A stretch of 64,000 bases of DNA from Gemmatimonadota bacterium (GTDB lineage: Bacteria > JAAXHH01): assembly GCA_026705925.1 (NCBI GenBank), contig JAPOZT010000019.1:49878-113877 (forward strand), written 5' to 3'. The notes beneath the pieces were generated by a model, which saw nothing but the letters and a program-made list of their open reading frames with translations, did no database searches and was not told the DNA's origin. Below are positions 8,510-16,649 of the stretch, in pieces; the first letter of the stretch is position 1; each line of letters begins with the position of its first letter. The translations under genes and the position numbers were made by a program.

Positions 8510-8906
8510 ACCTGTCCTTTTTGGTTAGTATGGTGACTCATTGATCATACCGATTTGCATGTGAGACGTAGAAAACGCTCCGGTTTGCTTTCTGCCCTCT
8601 GATTCTCTCGTGCTGTAGCACACCTTCGGGGATCGGCGCCACGAATCCACCGCGAATCCTCCGGATCAACGCCCTATAAATGTTTCAGTAGTAGCGCGCT
8701 CGAGATATCTCGTGTTTTACTTTATTTAAAGGCGGTTGGCACGGCGGAGATCGTGTTCGCGATCATCTCATCGCATCACAAATACGATTTAGTTTTTCTA
8801 TAATTAAAATCTAATTTTGGTTTATATAAAATCAACTTGCGTTTATATGAACACTGATTTATCTTTTTAACTAAAATGAGAAAGAACAACGAATCGTGGA
8901 AATCTT

Positions 8907-9263
8907 ATGACCAGCGACACCGATTTAAATAACGACACTGTTCGGATACCGAACCCGCGTTTACCCGCCCATTGCCCGGGCTGTGCCGCGGCCCTGAAGG
9001 TCACCCGCCTGGACTGCACCGAGTGCGATACGGCCGTGATCGGCGGCTTTCACCTGCCGCCGTTAGCCCGGCTTGCCCCGGAGGATCAGGCCTTTGTGCT
9101 CTGCTTTCTCCAGACCGGCGGCAATCTCAAGGACATGGCCGAACGCTACGGCGTCTCCTACCCCACGCTGCGGAACCGCCTCGATGACCTGGTCGCGCAT
9201 CTGGATTCGTTGGGGGCGGTGGACCATCCAGAGGAAGAACTCGGCGAAGCAAGCAGCTTCTGA
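8907..9263 (+). CDS. DUF2089-like zinc-ribbon + HTH protein
   Basis: CPGC...CTEC zinc-ribbon followed by HTH-like segment (DMAERYGVSYPTLRNRL). Preceded by a 370-bp very AT-rich region. Confidence 0.55.
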   Translation: MTSDTDLNNDTVRIPNPRLPAHCPGCAAALKVTRLDCTECDTAVIGGFHLPPLARLAPEDQAFVLCFLQTGGNLKDMAERYGVSYPTLRNRLDDLVAHLDSLGAVDHPEEELGEASSF

Positions 9264-9305
9264 TGCGCATTTCGTTACACATTTCGATGGGCAATACGTA
9301 GAAGG

Positions 9306-10334
9306 ATGCCAGTCATGGACGCTTCCCACACCCTCGCTTCCCACACACGCGAGTCTTCAGTCCAGCGCACGTGGCGCACGTGGCTGTTCAATCCCTTCCA
9401 CTACCTGGCCGGCGGGACGGCGCTGGCCTGGGGACTGGCATGTATCGTCTTGACCGCCTGGCTTGGCGGCGCATTCGATTACCGTTACACGGGCACGCTT
9501 TCCTTCCAGCTTTCGACACCGACGCCAATCTGGCTCGCCATAACGCAGGGCCTTACGGCGTGGATCGTACCCAGCGTCCTGCTTTACCTCGCCGGGCGCG
9601 GTCTCAGCCGCAGCCGCGTTCGCCTCGTCGACGTCTTCGGCACCCAGGCCCTGGCGCGTGCGCCTGGACTGCTCGTGGCCCTGATCGTGTTGTCACCGCC
9701 CTTTCGCGACCTCACGGCCTCTCTGATTGCCCAGGGCGCCTCGCATTTCTCGGTCGCACAGCTTACGGCCCTCACTGCGATAGGTACGGTGATGGCGTTG
9801 CTGCTGGTCTGGATCGTGCTACTGATGTACCGCGCTTTTTCCGTCTCGTGCCATGTCGCCGGAGGATGGGCAATCGCCGCATTCATCGCCGCCATCGCCG
9901 TGGGAGAGGTGGCCACCGGTGCGACGGGACAGTTCCTGCAGGGCGCCGTCGCTCCTCAGCCCGTTGCCAGCGTAACCGTCCAGTCCGATCAACACCATCG
10001 GGCCGAGCAGCTGGCCACACGGATCCTCCAGGGGTACGAACTGGGCCGCTTTGAAGCCCTGAGCCCAGAGGAGGCCACCGAGGTATTTCGCACGGGTTTC
10101 ACCGCGGAGGTACAGCGCCAGAACCATCAGACCATACGGCTGATGTTCGGCGCCTTCGAGGGTCTGGATTACATCGAAACGCGGTACATGGACAGCCAGC
10201 CGCACCTGCTGATTCACCGCTTCAAAGGCCGGTACGGGAACGCGTCCCGGCCGCCCGAAGTGCGCGTCGTCCTCGACCGGGACGGCAGGCTGGCGGGCCT
10301 CTGGATCAAGCCCTGGCAGGATGAATTGCAATGA
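9306..10334 (+). CDS. Yip1-like polytopic membrane protein with C-terminal soluble domain
   Basis: Five predicted TM helices then about 120-aa soluble tail. ATGA overlap with next gene. Confidence 0.5.
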   Translation: MPVMDASHTLASHTRESSVQRTWRTWLFNPFHYLAGGTALAWGLACIVLTAWLGGAFDYRYTGTLSFQLSTPTPIWLAITQGLTAWIVPSVLLYLAGRGLSRSRVRLVDVFGTQALARAPGLLVALIVLSPPFRDLTASLIAQGASHFSVAQLTALTAIGTVMALLLVWIVLLMYRAFSVSCHVAGGWAIAAFIAAIAVGEVATGATGQFLQGAVAPQPVASVTVQSDQHHRAEQLATRILQGYELGRFEALSPEEATEVFRTGFTAEVQRQNHQTIRLMFGAFEGLDYIETRYMDSQPHLLIHRFKGRYGNASRPPEVRVVLDRDGRLAGLWIKPWQDELQ

Positions 10335-10792
10335 ACACCTATCGCCACACCCAGTTCGGCACGGTCAACGTCGTCATCATTATCGCCATCGCGCCATTGA
10401 CCTTTCTGCCCGCGTGGGTGGCCGGAGCGGCACCGGTCGCCTGGCTGATCCTGATTTTCCTGCTGGGGATCCTGGCGCTGTTCCACAACCTGACTGTCAC
10501 GATCGATGGCCAGGACCTGCACATCAGTTTCGGCATCGGCCTGATCCGGAAGCGGTTCCCCCTGGATCAGATCGAGTCCTGTCAGCCAGTCAGAAACTCC
10601 TGGCTTTACGGTTGGGGTATACGACTTACGCCGTGGGGCTGGCTATACAACGTTTCGGGACTGGAGGCGGTGGAACTGGAGATGAAGAACGGCAAGACCT
10701 GCCGCATCGGGACGGATGAGCCCTGGGTCCTGTCCGCCGCGCTGCAGGAGGCGCTGGACAGGTTGGGCGGCTCGAGCGATGCGTCGGAGTGA
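10331..10792 (+). CDS. small membrane protein (2 TM + PH-like soluble domain)
   Basis: Translationally coupled (ATGA) to the upstream membrane protein. Confidence 0.45.
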   Translation: MNTYRHTQFGTVNVVIIIAIAPLTFLPAWVAGAAPVAWLILIFLLGILALFHNLTVTIDGQDLHISFGIGLIRKRFPLDQIESCQPVRNSWLYGWGIRLTPWGWLYNVSGLEAVELEMKNGKTCRIGTDEPWVLSAALQEALDRLGGSSDASE

Positions 10793-10864
10793 GGTGCTGA
10801 ACGAGCGACCCCAAGTTTCGAGAAAGTGCAGACTGCGGCTCCCGTGCGTCACTGGCACGGCCGG

Positions 10865-11047
10865 TCATGCGGTTGGAAGAGGGTTTTTCCATGCGTACCA
10901 GACTTTATCCTGATATCCGTTCTTCAGTCTGATCTCGACCTCAATACCAAGCACCTCAATCTCTTCGTCGGTCAACAGATCCAGTATTTTGCTTTTCAGT
11001 ATCTCGGCCTTTCGTGGGTCAATCAGCCGACCTTTCTAGTCTACCAT
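10865..11047 (-). pseudogene. small islet gene interrupted by in-frame amber codon at codon 4 (MVD*KGRLIDPRKAEILKSKILDLLTDEEIEVLGIEVEIRLKNGYQDKVWYAWKNP...)
   Basis: AAGGAG-N8-ATG, then TAG at 11036-11038, then 56 open codons in the same frame to TGA at 10865. Confidence 0.4.
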
Positions 11048-11127
11048 AGGAATACTCCTTCAACCCCGCCAAAGTTGGAATATGATGGTTATTAGCCCGC
11101 CGATGATCGCAGTTCCCAGTCCATAGA

Positions 11128-11310
11128 CTACCCTCCGCAGGAATCGGACTCGGCATCAAACTCCGACATCCTCTTGTAGGAATGGTCGATAAGTTTGTAT
11201 ATGCTGACTTCGGTTCTTTCAAGACCGAATAACCTGCTCTTTATATTTTCGTCTTTAAAAAACACTTCATCCAGGAGCTTTTCTGTCTCTCGTGAATTAC
11301 CTGTGTTCAT
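11128..11310 (-). CDS. hypothetical 60-aa protein (possible partner of the amber-interrupted ORF)
   Basis: Low-GC ORF MNTGNSRETEKLLDEVFFKDENIKSRLFGLERTEV... with weak SD. No recognisable family. Confidence 0.3.
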   Translation of the reverse strand: MNTGNSRETEKLLDEVFFKDENIKSRLFGLERTEVSIYKLIDHSYKRMSEFDAESDSCGG

Positions 11311-11498
11311 GTTTCATGACCTTTACAAGTTTGAGTTACAAGTGCTAACTTAAATGGACATCTATACAGAAAAACCGGCGGCGGCGATTCACGCTTAAAC
11401 CCGAACCTTCTATATTAAATGGTCATAGGGAGAACAGATTATCTCGTGTTTTATCTTTCTGATAGTTTGTTAGCCGATCTACATCACAGGAGCGTAAC

Positions 11499-11735
11499 GT
11501 GCCTAAAGTCAGCTCTAAACGACAGATTACGCTTCCGGCGGATCAGTGCCGTTTAGTCGGCATCGAGCCGGGCGACGAGTGCCAGAGCTTCGTGGCCGAC
11601 GGACGCATTACCATAATACGCCAGGAGCCCGGCATCGCCTGGGGATGCCGGGCGCATCTCGAAGGCGATCCGACGGTTTCGGAAGAGGAATCGCGCCAGG
11701 ACGCGATAGAAGGAAAGCGAGAACAGACGCCTTAA
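11499..11735 (+). CDS. vapB: AbrB/MazE/SpoVT-family antitoxin (VapB-like)
   Basis: GTG start with AGGAG 8 nt upstream. MPKVSSKRQITLPADQCRLVGIEPGDE is a SpoVT-AbrB swapped-hairpin signature. Confidence 0.7.
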   Translation: MPKVSSKRQITLPADQCRLVGIEPGDECQSFVADGRITIIRQEPGIAWGCRAHLEGDPTVSEEESRQDAIEGKREQTP

Positions 11736-12130
11736 TCGCCATCGACACCAATGCCCTGCTGCGCTATCTCCTGAGAGACGACGATGGGAAGGCTGAACAT
11801 GCATGTCGCGTGATAGAAGGCGGCGAGCGTGTGCTTATTACGGATATGGTACTGGCGGAAACGGTGAGGACGTTAGCCAGCCCAGGAATCGCGTGACCCG
11901 GGCGGAGCTGATCGACCTGATCAATAACCTGCCGCAAGGTGCAAATCTGCACTTTGAGGATGACGAAGCGGTCTGAAGCGCCCCGCAGGCCTATCGTAGG
12001 ACGAAGGCGGACTTCGCCGACGCCCTGATCGTGTGCAAGGCCGAAAAGCTGGCTGTCGCGGGCGACGAGTTGAGCGCTGTTTACACCTTCGATGACGTCG
12101 CTTTGCAATTGCCCGGTACTGCAAAGCCGT
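11729..12130 (+). pseudogene. vapC: PIN-domain toxin (VapC) disrupted by at least two frameshifts and lacking canonical start
   Basis: Three consecutive frames encode IAIDTNALLRYLLRDD... / RAELIDLINNLPQGANLHFEDDEAV / ADFADALIVCKAEKLAVAG...YTFDD, which are consecutive PIN-domain segments. Confidence 0.6.
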
Positions 12131-12160
12131 AGTACATTTCCGATTCCCTAACGATACCCC

Positions 12161-12937
12161 TTACCCCACCCCAACCTCAATCCCGATCGGACAGTGATCC
12201 GACCCCATGACGTCCGGCATGATCCACGCGTTGGAGACTGAGGGCATCAGGTCCTCGGTCACGTAGAAGTAATCGATGCGCCAGCCCACGTTCCGCTTTC
12301 TCGCTCCGGACATGAGGTGCCACCAGGTGTAGTTGTCCGGCCCTTCGTCGAATTGCCGGAAGGTATCTACGTAACCCATATCAACGATTTTGTCGATCCA
12401 CTCGCGTTCCATGGGAAGGAACCCAGAGATCTTCTCGTTGTCCTTGGGGCGGGCGAGGTCGATCGCTTTGTGGGCCGTGTTCACGTCGCCGCATATGACG
12501 AGTTTTTTACCATCCGCACGGAGCGACTCCCAGTGGGCCAGGATGGCCGCGTAAAAGTCCATTTTGTACTGCAGCCGTTGGGCGTTCTGCTTACCATTCG
12601 GGAAGTACACGTTGAACAGGGTGAAATCGGGGTACTCCAGCACCAGGGTCCGGCCTTCCGAATCGAAACGTTCCTCGCCGAACCCTTTCTCGACGCTGAT
12701 GGGTTCGTGGCGCGTGTAGACGCCTACGCCGCTGTATCCTTTTTTCTCCGCTTCCGACCAGTAACTCGTATATCCTTCGACATCCGTGATCTTGGCGTCC
12801 AGTTGCGACTCCTGGGACTTGGTTTCCTGAATGCAGAGGATGTCCGGCGCCTCCCCCTGGAACCACTCGATGAAGCCCTTCTTCGCCACCGCCCTTACCC
12901 CGTTCACGTTCCAGCTCAACAGATTCCATGAAGACAT
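12161..12937 (-). CDS. xth: exodeoxyribonuclease III
   Basis: MSSWNLLSWNVNG...QETK...GDVN...SDHCP are ExoIII/AP-endonuclease family signatures. Confidence 0.85.
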   Translation of the reverse strand: MSSWNLLSWNVNGVRAVAKKGFIEWFQGEAPDILCIQETKSQESQLDAKITDVEGYTSYWSEAEKKGYSGVGVYTRHEPISVEKGFGEERFDSEGRTLVLEYPDFTLFNVYFPNGKQNAQRLQYKMDFYAAILAHWESLRADGKKLVICGDVNTAHKAIDLARPKDNEKISGFLPMEREWIDKIVDMGYVDTFRQFDEGPDNYTWWHLMSGARKRNVGWRIDYFYVTEDLMPSVSNAWIMPDVMGSDHCPIGIEVGVG

Positions 12938-13042
12938 GAAGATCACCTTTCCTGGTTAATGCTGCTATTTGGATTCCTTTGTGTGGAACTACAGACGAAA
13001 CGATAACCAAAAGGATGGCTAATCAGATTATGATTAACAAAA

Positions 13043-13077
13043 AACCCGACGCTGACAGACACGTCGGGTTTGTTTCA
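13043..13077 (-). terminator. Rho-independent terminator (bidirectional hairpin; T6 tail on minus strand)
   Basis: aaaaaaCCCGACGctgacagacaCGTCGGGtttgttt: 7-bp GC-rich stem, A-tract 5' and T-tract 3' on both strands. Confidence 0.7.
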
Positions 13078-13173
13078 ATGAGATTACGTCCACTCGATCT
13101 AAAGAGAGGCTGTCATTGAAATCACTGTAATTGAGTAACACTGTCTCCAACTTGACAAATATGTGGCTATTCG

Positions 13174-13317
13174 TCATTTACGGCTGTCAGCCGATTTGAT
13201 GGAACTACCCTGATTGGGTGGCTTGGGCCTTGTCGCCCTGTTCGTTAAGGGCTTTGGCCTGTATCCTCTCGTCTCAACATCTCTACGATTAGGTCCGCTC
13301 TTGGGGGACTTACTCAT
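13174..13317 (-). CDS. 47-aa basic Pro/Lys/Arg-rich peptide
   Basis: Perfect AGGAGG 7 nt upstream of ATG, located 20 nt downstream of the 13338-13973 gene and upstream of the terminator. Sequence MSKSPKSGPNRRDVETRGYRPKPLTNRATRPKPPNQGSSIKSADSRK. Confidence 0.35.
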   Translation of the reverse strand: MSKSPKSGPNRRDVETRGYRPKPLTNRATRPKPPNQGSSIKSADSRK

Positions 13318-13337
13318 ACTTGGTCCTCCTGGTCGTT

Positions 13338-13973
13338 TTAACTCGGCAAGAACTCAATAGAGCTTATGTCTCGGCCTGTAAGGTACACACCGTGACCATT
13401 AGTAACCCAATTGTTTTCTTCATCTAGCTCGAATATCTCTTCGATATACAAATCTCGTTCATCGGGATCAGAAGAGATAAACGAATCTGCTCCTAGGAAA
13501 CCGCCAAACATGGAACCGTTATTCAATCTAACCAGTATATACTGTTCATTCAAGTCTGAAAACGTCCAATCCCAAGCACTCGGAGTTGGATGTATGGGAT
13601 TAAGCCTGATTTTCTTTAACGTTTTATACAGTAACGTTCTGTTTGAAACAGCTCCAGTAACAGCACCTACAATGACTGGAATTATAACAAGAAAAACCAA
13701 CCACCTTAGCGTACCTAGTGTTGGACCTTCCCACCATAAATGATTTGCAATCAACACGTCTGTAATTAGGAACAACACAGCCCAGTAAATCGTGGAAACC
13801 GTTAAATAAAGTAAGAATCCTGCTGGATATGGAAGAATCCTTCCTGAAACTAGTTGCGACCTGACAAAAACGATTATGAATCCTGGCGTGACAGCCATAA
13901 TAAAAACCAGCGCTGTGGGATTTACTTTTAGCGAATGCCACCCAGGAAACAATTCACCGATTAGGTTTTCCAT
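13338..13973 (-). CDS. hypothetical membrane protein (4 N-terminal TM helices + soluble C-terminal domain) in about 40% GC islet
   Basis: Long ORF with strongly AT-biased codon usage versus neighbours. No family recognised. Confidence 0.55.
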   Translation of the reverse strand: MENLIGELFPGWHSLKVNPTALVFIMAVTPGFIIVFVRSQLVSGRILPYPAGFLLYLTVSTIYWAVLFLITDVLIANHLWWEGPTLGTLRWLVFLVIIPVIVGAVTGAVSNRTLLYKTLKKIRLNPIHPTPSAWDWTFSDLNEQYILVRLNNGSMFGGFLGADSFISSDPDERDLYIEEIFELDEENNWVTNGHGVYLTGRDISSIEFLPS

Positions 13974-14147
13974 TTTTTAGTACTGTTCCCCTGATATGCT
14001 GCAGGTTTATGGAGCGAAATCCGATTGTGTCTATTATCAGCTCATAGAATCGTGAGTTTTACGATTTATTACGACTTGGAATCTGATCCTCCTTTTAGCT
14101 TTCGAGTGAAACTTCTGACTTATTGGTAGGCTTATTCCTAATGAGTC

Positions 14148-16403
14148 TCAAGATTCCTCTCGAATCTCGTTAACAAACTCCACATCCGCGATACCGACCC
14201 GTTCAATCCGGTCCCCCCTCGCCCGATGGCTTCGAATGGGAAAATCGTCCGCTTTGAGGTACTCGCAGGTTTCCTCCCCGGCCTTCGCGTCCAGAACTTT
14301 CAGCACGATCTCCGGATCGGCCTCCGCCGTGAAATCCAGCAACTCCGAATCCCCGGGCACGAGTTCGTAGAGCTGGTTGATCCGGCAGCGGTCCATGGTG
14401 CAGCGCTTAATGCAGGCGTATCCTTCGAGATCGCGGTAGGCGACGGTGAACACGCGGCCCGGTTCCTCCATGGCGCAGTACAGGATATCGAGATCGACGT
14501 ACATTTTGTCAAGGGTATTGTGGACGCCAGCGACGCCCCCGGATCGGACGATCACGACCCGGTCGTATAGGGAGACGTTGAAGAGCGGCCGGCCGCTCTC
14601 GATGGTGTATCCCATGTACCCGGATTCGGTGTCGTAACGGAGCACCAGGTCGCGGGCTGCGGCGTCGCGTTCCTCTACCGGCGTGAAGGGTTTGACCTCC
14701 GAGCGGCGGGGATGCTCGTCGCGGTAGGTGCGGATGAGCTGCTCCAGGAAATCGATGGCGAATTCCGTCAGGTGATGAAGGTTGTGGAGCACCGTCCTGA
14801 GCTGGCCTTCGAGATCCCGCATCTCGGCTTCGGCCCGGTCGATGCCGTACCGGGTGATGCGGTGGATCGGTATGTCGAGGAGCCGGTCCAGGTCCTCCTC
14901 CGTCAGGTTGTCGGCCGTAATGATGTCTTCCACGGCGGCCATGCGCCGCGTCGCGGTCAGCTCGTGCCGGATCGCCGCCAGCAGCGACCGCACCAGGCGT
15001 CGATGCGGCTCCGGTCCGTGACCGACCGCGTCCAGGTTCCGTGCGATCATCTCGCGGCTCGGTCCGTAGTGCTCGAAATCCAGGCTGCGGTACACGGTAG
15101 TCAGCAGGCTGCGGGCCGCGTCGCGGATCTCCGGCAGCGCGTCGTTGAGTTCGATCATGCCCCGGTCCACGGCGCGGGCCGTGGTCGAAACCGGGCTATA
15201 CTTCGCGATGGCCTCGCGCACGGCGGCGTATACCCCCTCGATGTTATCTATTTCCTCGATGTCCTTGTATATCCGGTTCTCGATGAAGACCTGCTCGAGC
15301 CTGCGGGCGCGGAGCTGGGCGCGCAGGTCCCGCTCCTCGATCTTCAGTTCCGCTTCGAGGATCTCCAGCAGCCGGGTCGTGCTGTGCCGGATCATGTCCG
15401 TCACGGTCATCACGCGGGGATGGCCGCCTGAGATGACCAGCAGGTTGGCGGCGAGGGCGACCTCGCAGGACGTGAAGGCGTAGAGGCCCTGCAGGATGTC
15501 GTTGATGTCCGCGGTTTCCGCGCCGGGGTCCGTCCGGATCTCGATCTCCACGTCGCCGGTGGTGTAGTCCGTCATTCCGGACACCGCGATGCGCTTCGCC
15601 CGGGCCGCCTCCTCGATCGATTTCATCAGGCTTTCGGTCGTCTCGCCGAAGGGCAGCGCGCGGACCATGACCACGCTGTCGTCCCGGGGTTCCAGCCGCG
15701 CGCGGGTATATACGCGCCCGTTTCCGTCCTCGTATTCGCTCACGTCCATGAGACCGCCGGTGGGGAAGTCGGGGTACAGGTGGAAGGGCTCGCCCTTGAG
15801 GCAGGACACCTGGGCTTCCATGACCTCGATGGGGTTGTGGGGCAGGATGCGGGTGGACATGCCCACGGCGATGCCTTCGGCGCCGAGGATGAGCGCCACC
15901 GGCACCTTGGCCGGGAAGACCACGGGTTCGCGGGCGCGGCCGTCGTAGGAGTCCACGTACTCCGTGATCTCCGGGCTGAGCAGCACTTCCCGGGCGAGGG
16001 GCGTGAGCCGGCATTCGATGTAGCGCGCGGCCGAGGCCTGGCCGCCCGTGAGCACCGAGCCGAAATTTCCCTGCTTGTCGATGAACAGGTTCTTGTTGGC
16101 GAGCGATACCAGGGCGCCGAAGATGGACTGGTCCCCGTGGGGATGGAACCGCATGGTCTGGCCGACGACGTTGGCCACCTTGTGGTACTTGCCGTCGTCG
16201 ATCTCGAAGAGGGTGTGCAGGATGCGGCGCTGAACGGGCTTCAGGCCGTCGTCGATCTCCGGAATCGCCCGGTTCTTGACGACGTAGGTGGCGTATTCGA
16301 GGAAGTAGCGGTCGTATAGGGTTTCGACGTCGGCCAAGATCGGACCCCGGCAGTGGCTAGAACACGTATCGGTTTCCGTACGAATGCAGGCCGGAATCTG
16401 CAC
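14148..16403 (-). CDS. type IIA DNA topoisomerase subunit A (ParC/GyrA family, ParC-like: no GyrA box seen)
   Basis: LKPVQRRILH, active-site region, long coiled-coil/tower. Start uncertain (an internal TTG giving MADVETLYDRY is possible). Confidence 0.8.
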   Translation of the reverse strand: MQIPACIRTETDTCSSHCRGPILADVETLYDRYFLEYATYVVKNRAIPEIDDGLKPVQRRILHTLFEIDDGKYHKVANVVGQTMRFHPHGDQSIFGALVSLANKNLFIDKQGNFGSVLTGGQASAARYIECRLTPLAREVLLSPEITEYVDSYDGRAREPVVFPAKVPVALILGAEGIAVGMSTRILPHNPIEVMEAQVSCLKGEPFHLYPDFPTGGLMDVSEYEDGNGRVYTRARLEPRDDSVVMVRALPFGETTESLMKSIEEAARAKRIAVSGMTDYTTGDVEIEIRTDPGAETADINDILQGLYAFTSCEVALAANLLVISGGHPRVMTVTDMIRHSTTRLLEILEAELKIEERDLRAQLRARRLEQVFIENRIYKDIEEIDNIEGVYAAVREAIAKYSPVSTTARAVDRGMIELNDALPEIRDAARSLLTTVYRSLDFEHYGPSREMIARNLDAVGHGPEPHRRLVRSLLAAIRHELTATRRMAAVEDIITADNLTEEDLDRLLDIPIHRITRYGIDRAEAEMRDLEGQLRTVLHNLHHLTEFAIDFLEQLIRTYRDEHPRRSEVKPFTPVEERDAAARDLVLRYDTESGYMGYTIESGRPLFNVSLYDRVVIVRSGGVAGVHNTLDKMYVDLDILYCAMEEPGRVFTVAYRDLEGYACIKRCTMDRCRINQLYELVPGDSELLDFTAEADPEIVLKVLDAKAGEETCEYLKADDFPIRSHRARGDRIERVGIADVEFVNEIREES

Positions 16404-16649
16404 CGGCGCGCATCAGAATCCGGGGGAATAAAGCAATCGCTGCATTGAACTTATACGTTTCCGGGGCGGATTACAATACATTTGTACCGGTGTCATGCGG
16501 TAAGGGTTGCCCGCGGGTTCGTTCACGTGCATAATGGACGAGGTTGTGCGTGGCGTTTCCGCCGCGTGACCCGGGAACCGGTCAAACCGGCCAGAAACCG
16601 GCCGAGATTGCTGGCCGATGTCCAAAAGATCACAAGGAGCCTCAGATCC

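Noticed and set aside
11546-11896. 116-aa ORF-track ORF as the full VapC
   Set aside because: Its N-terminal 60 codons overlap vapB out of frame and are Arg/Gly-rich nonsense. Only the last about 55 codons are PIN-like, and the rest of the PIN domain continues in other frames.
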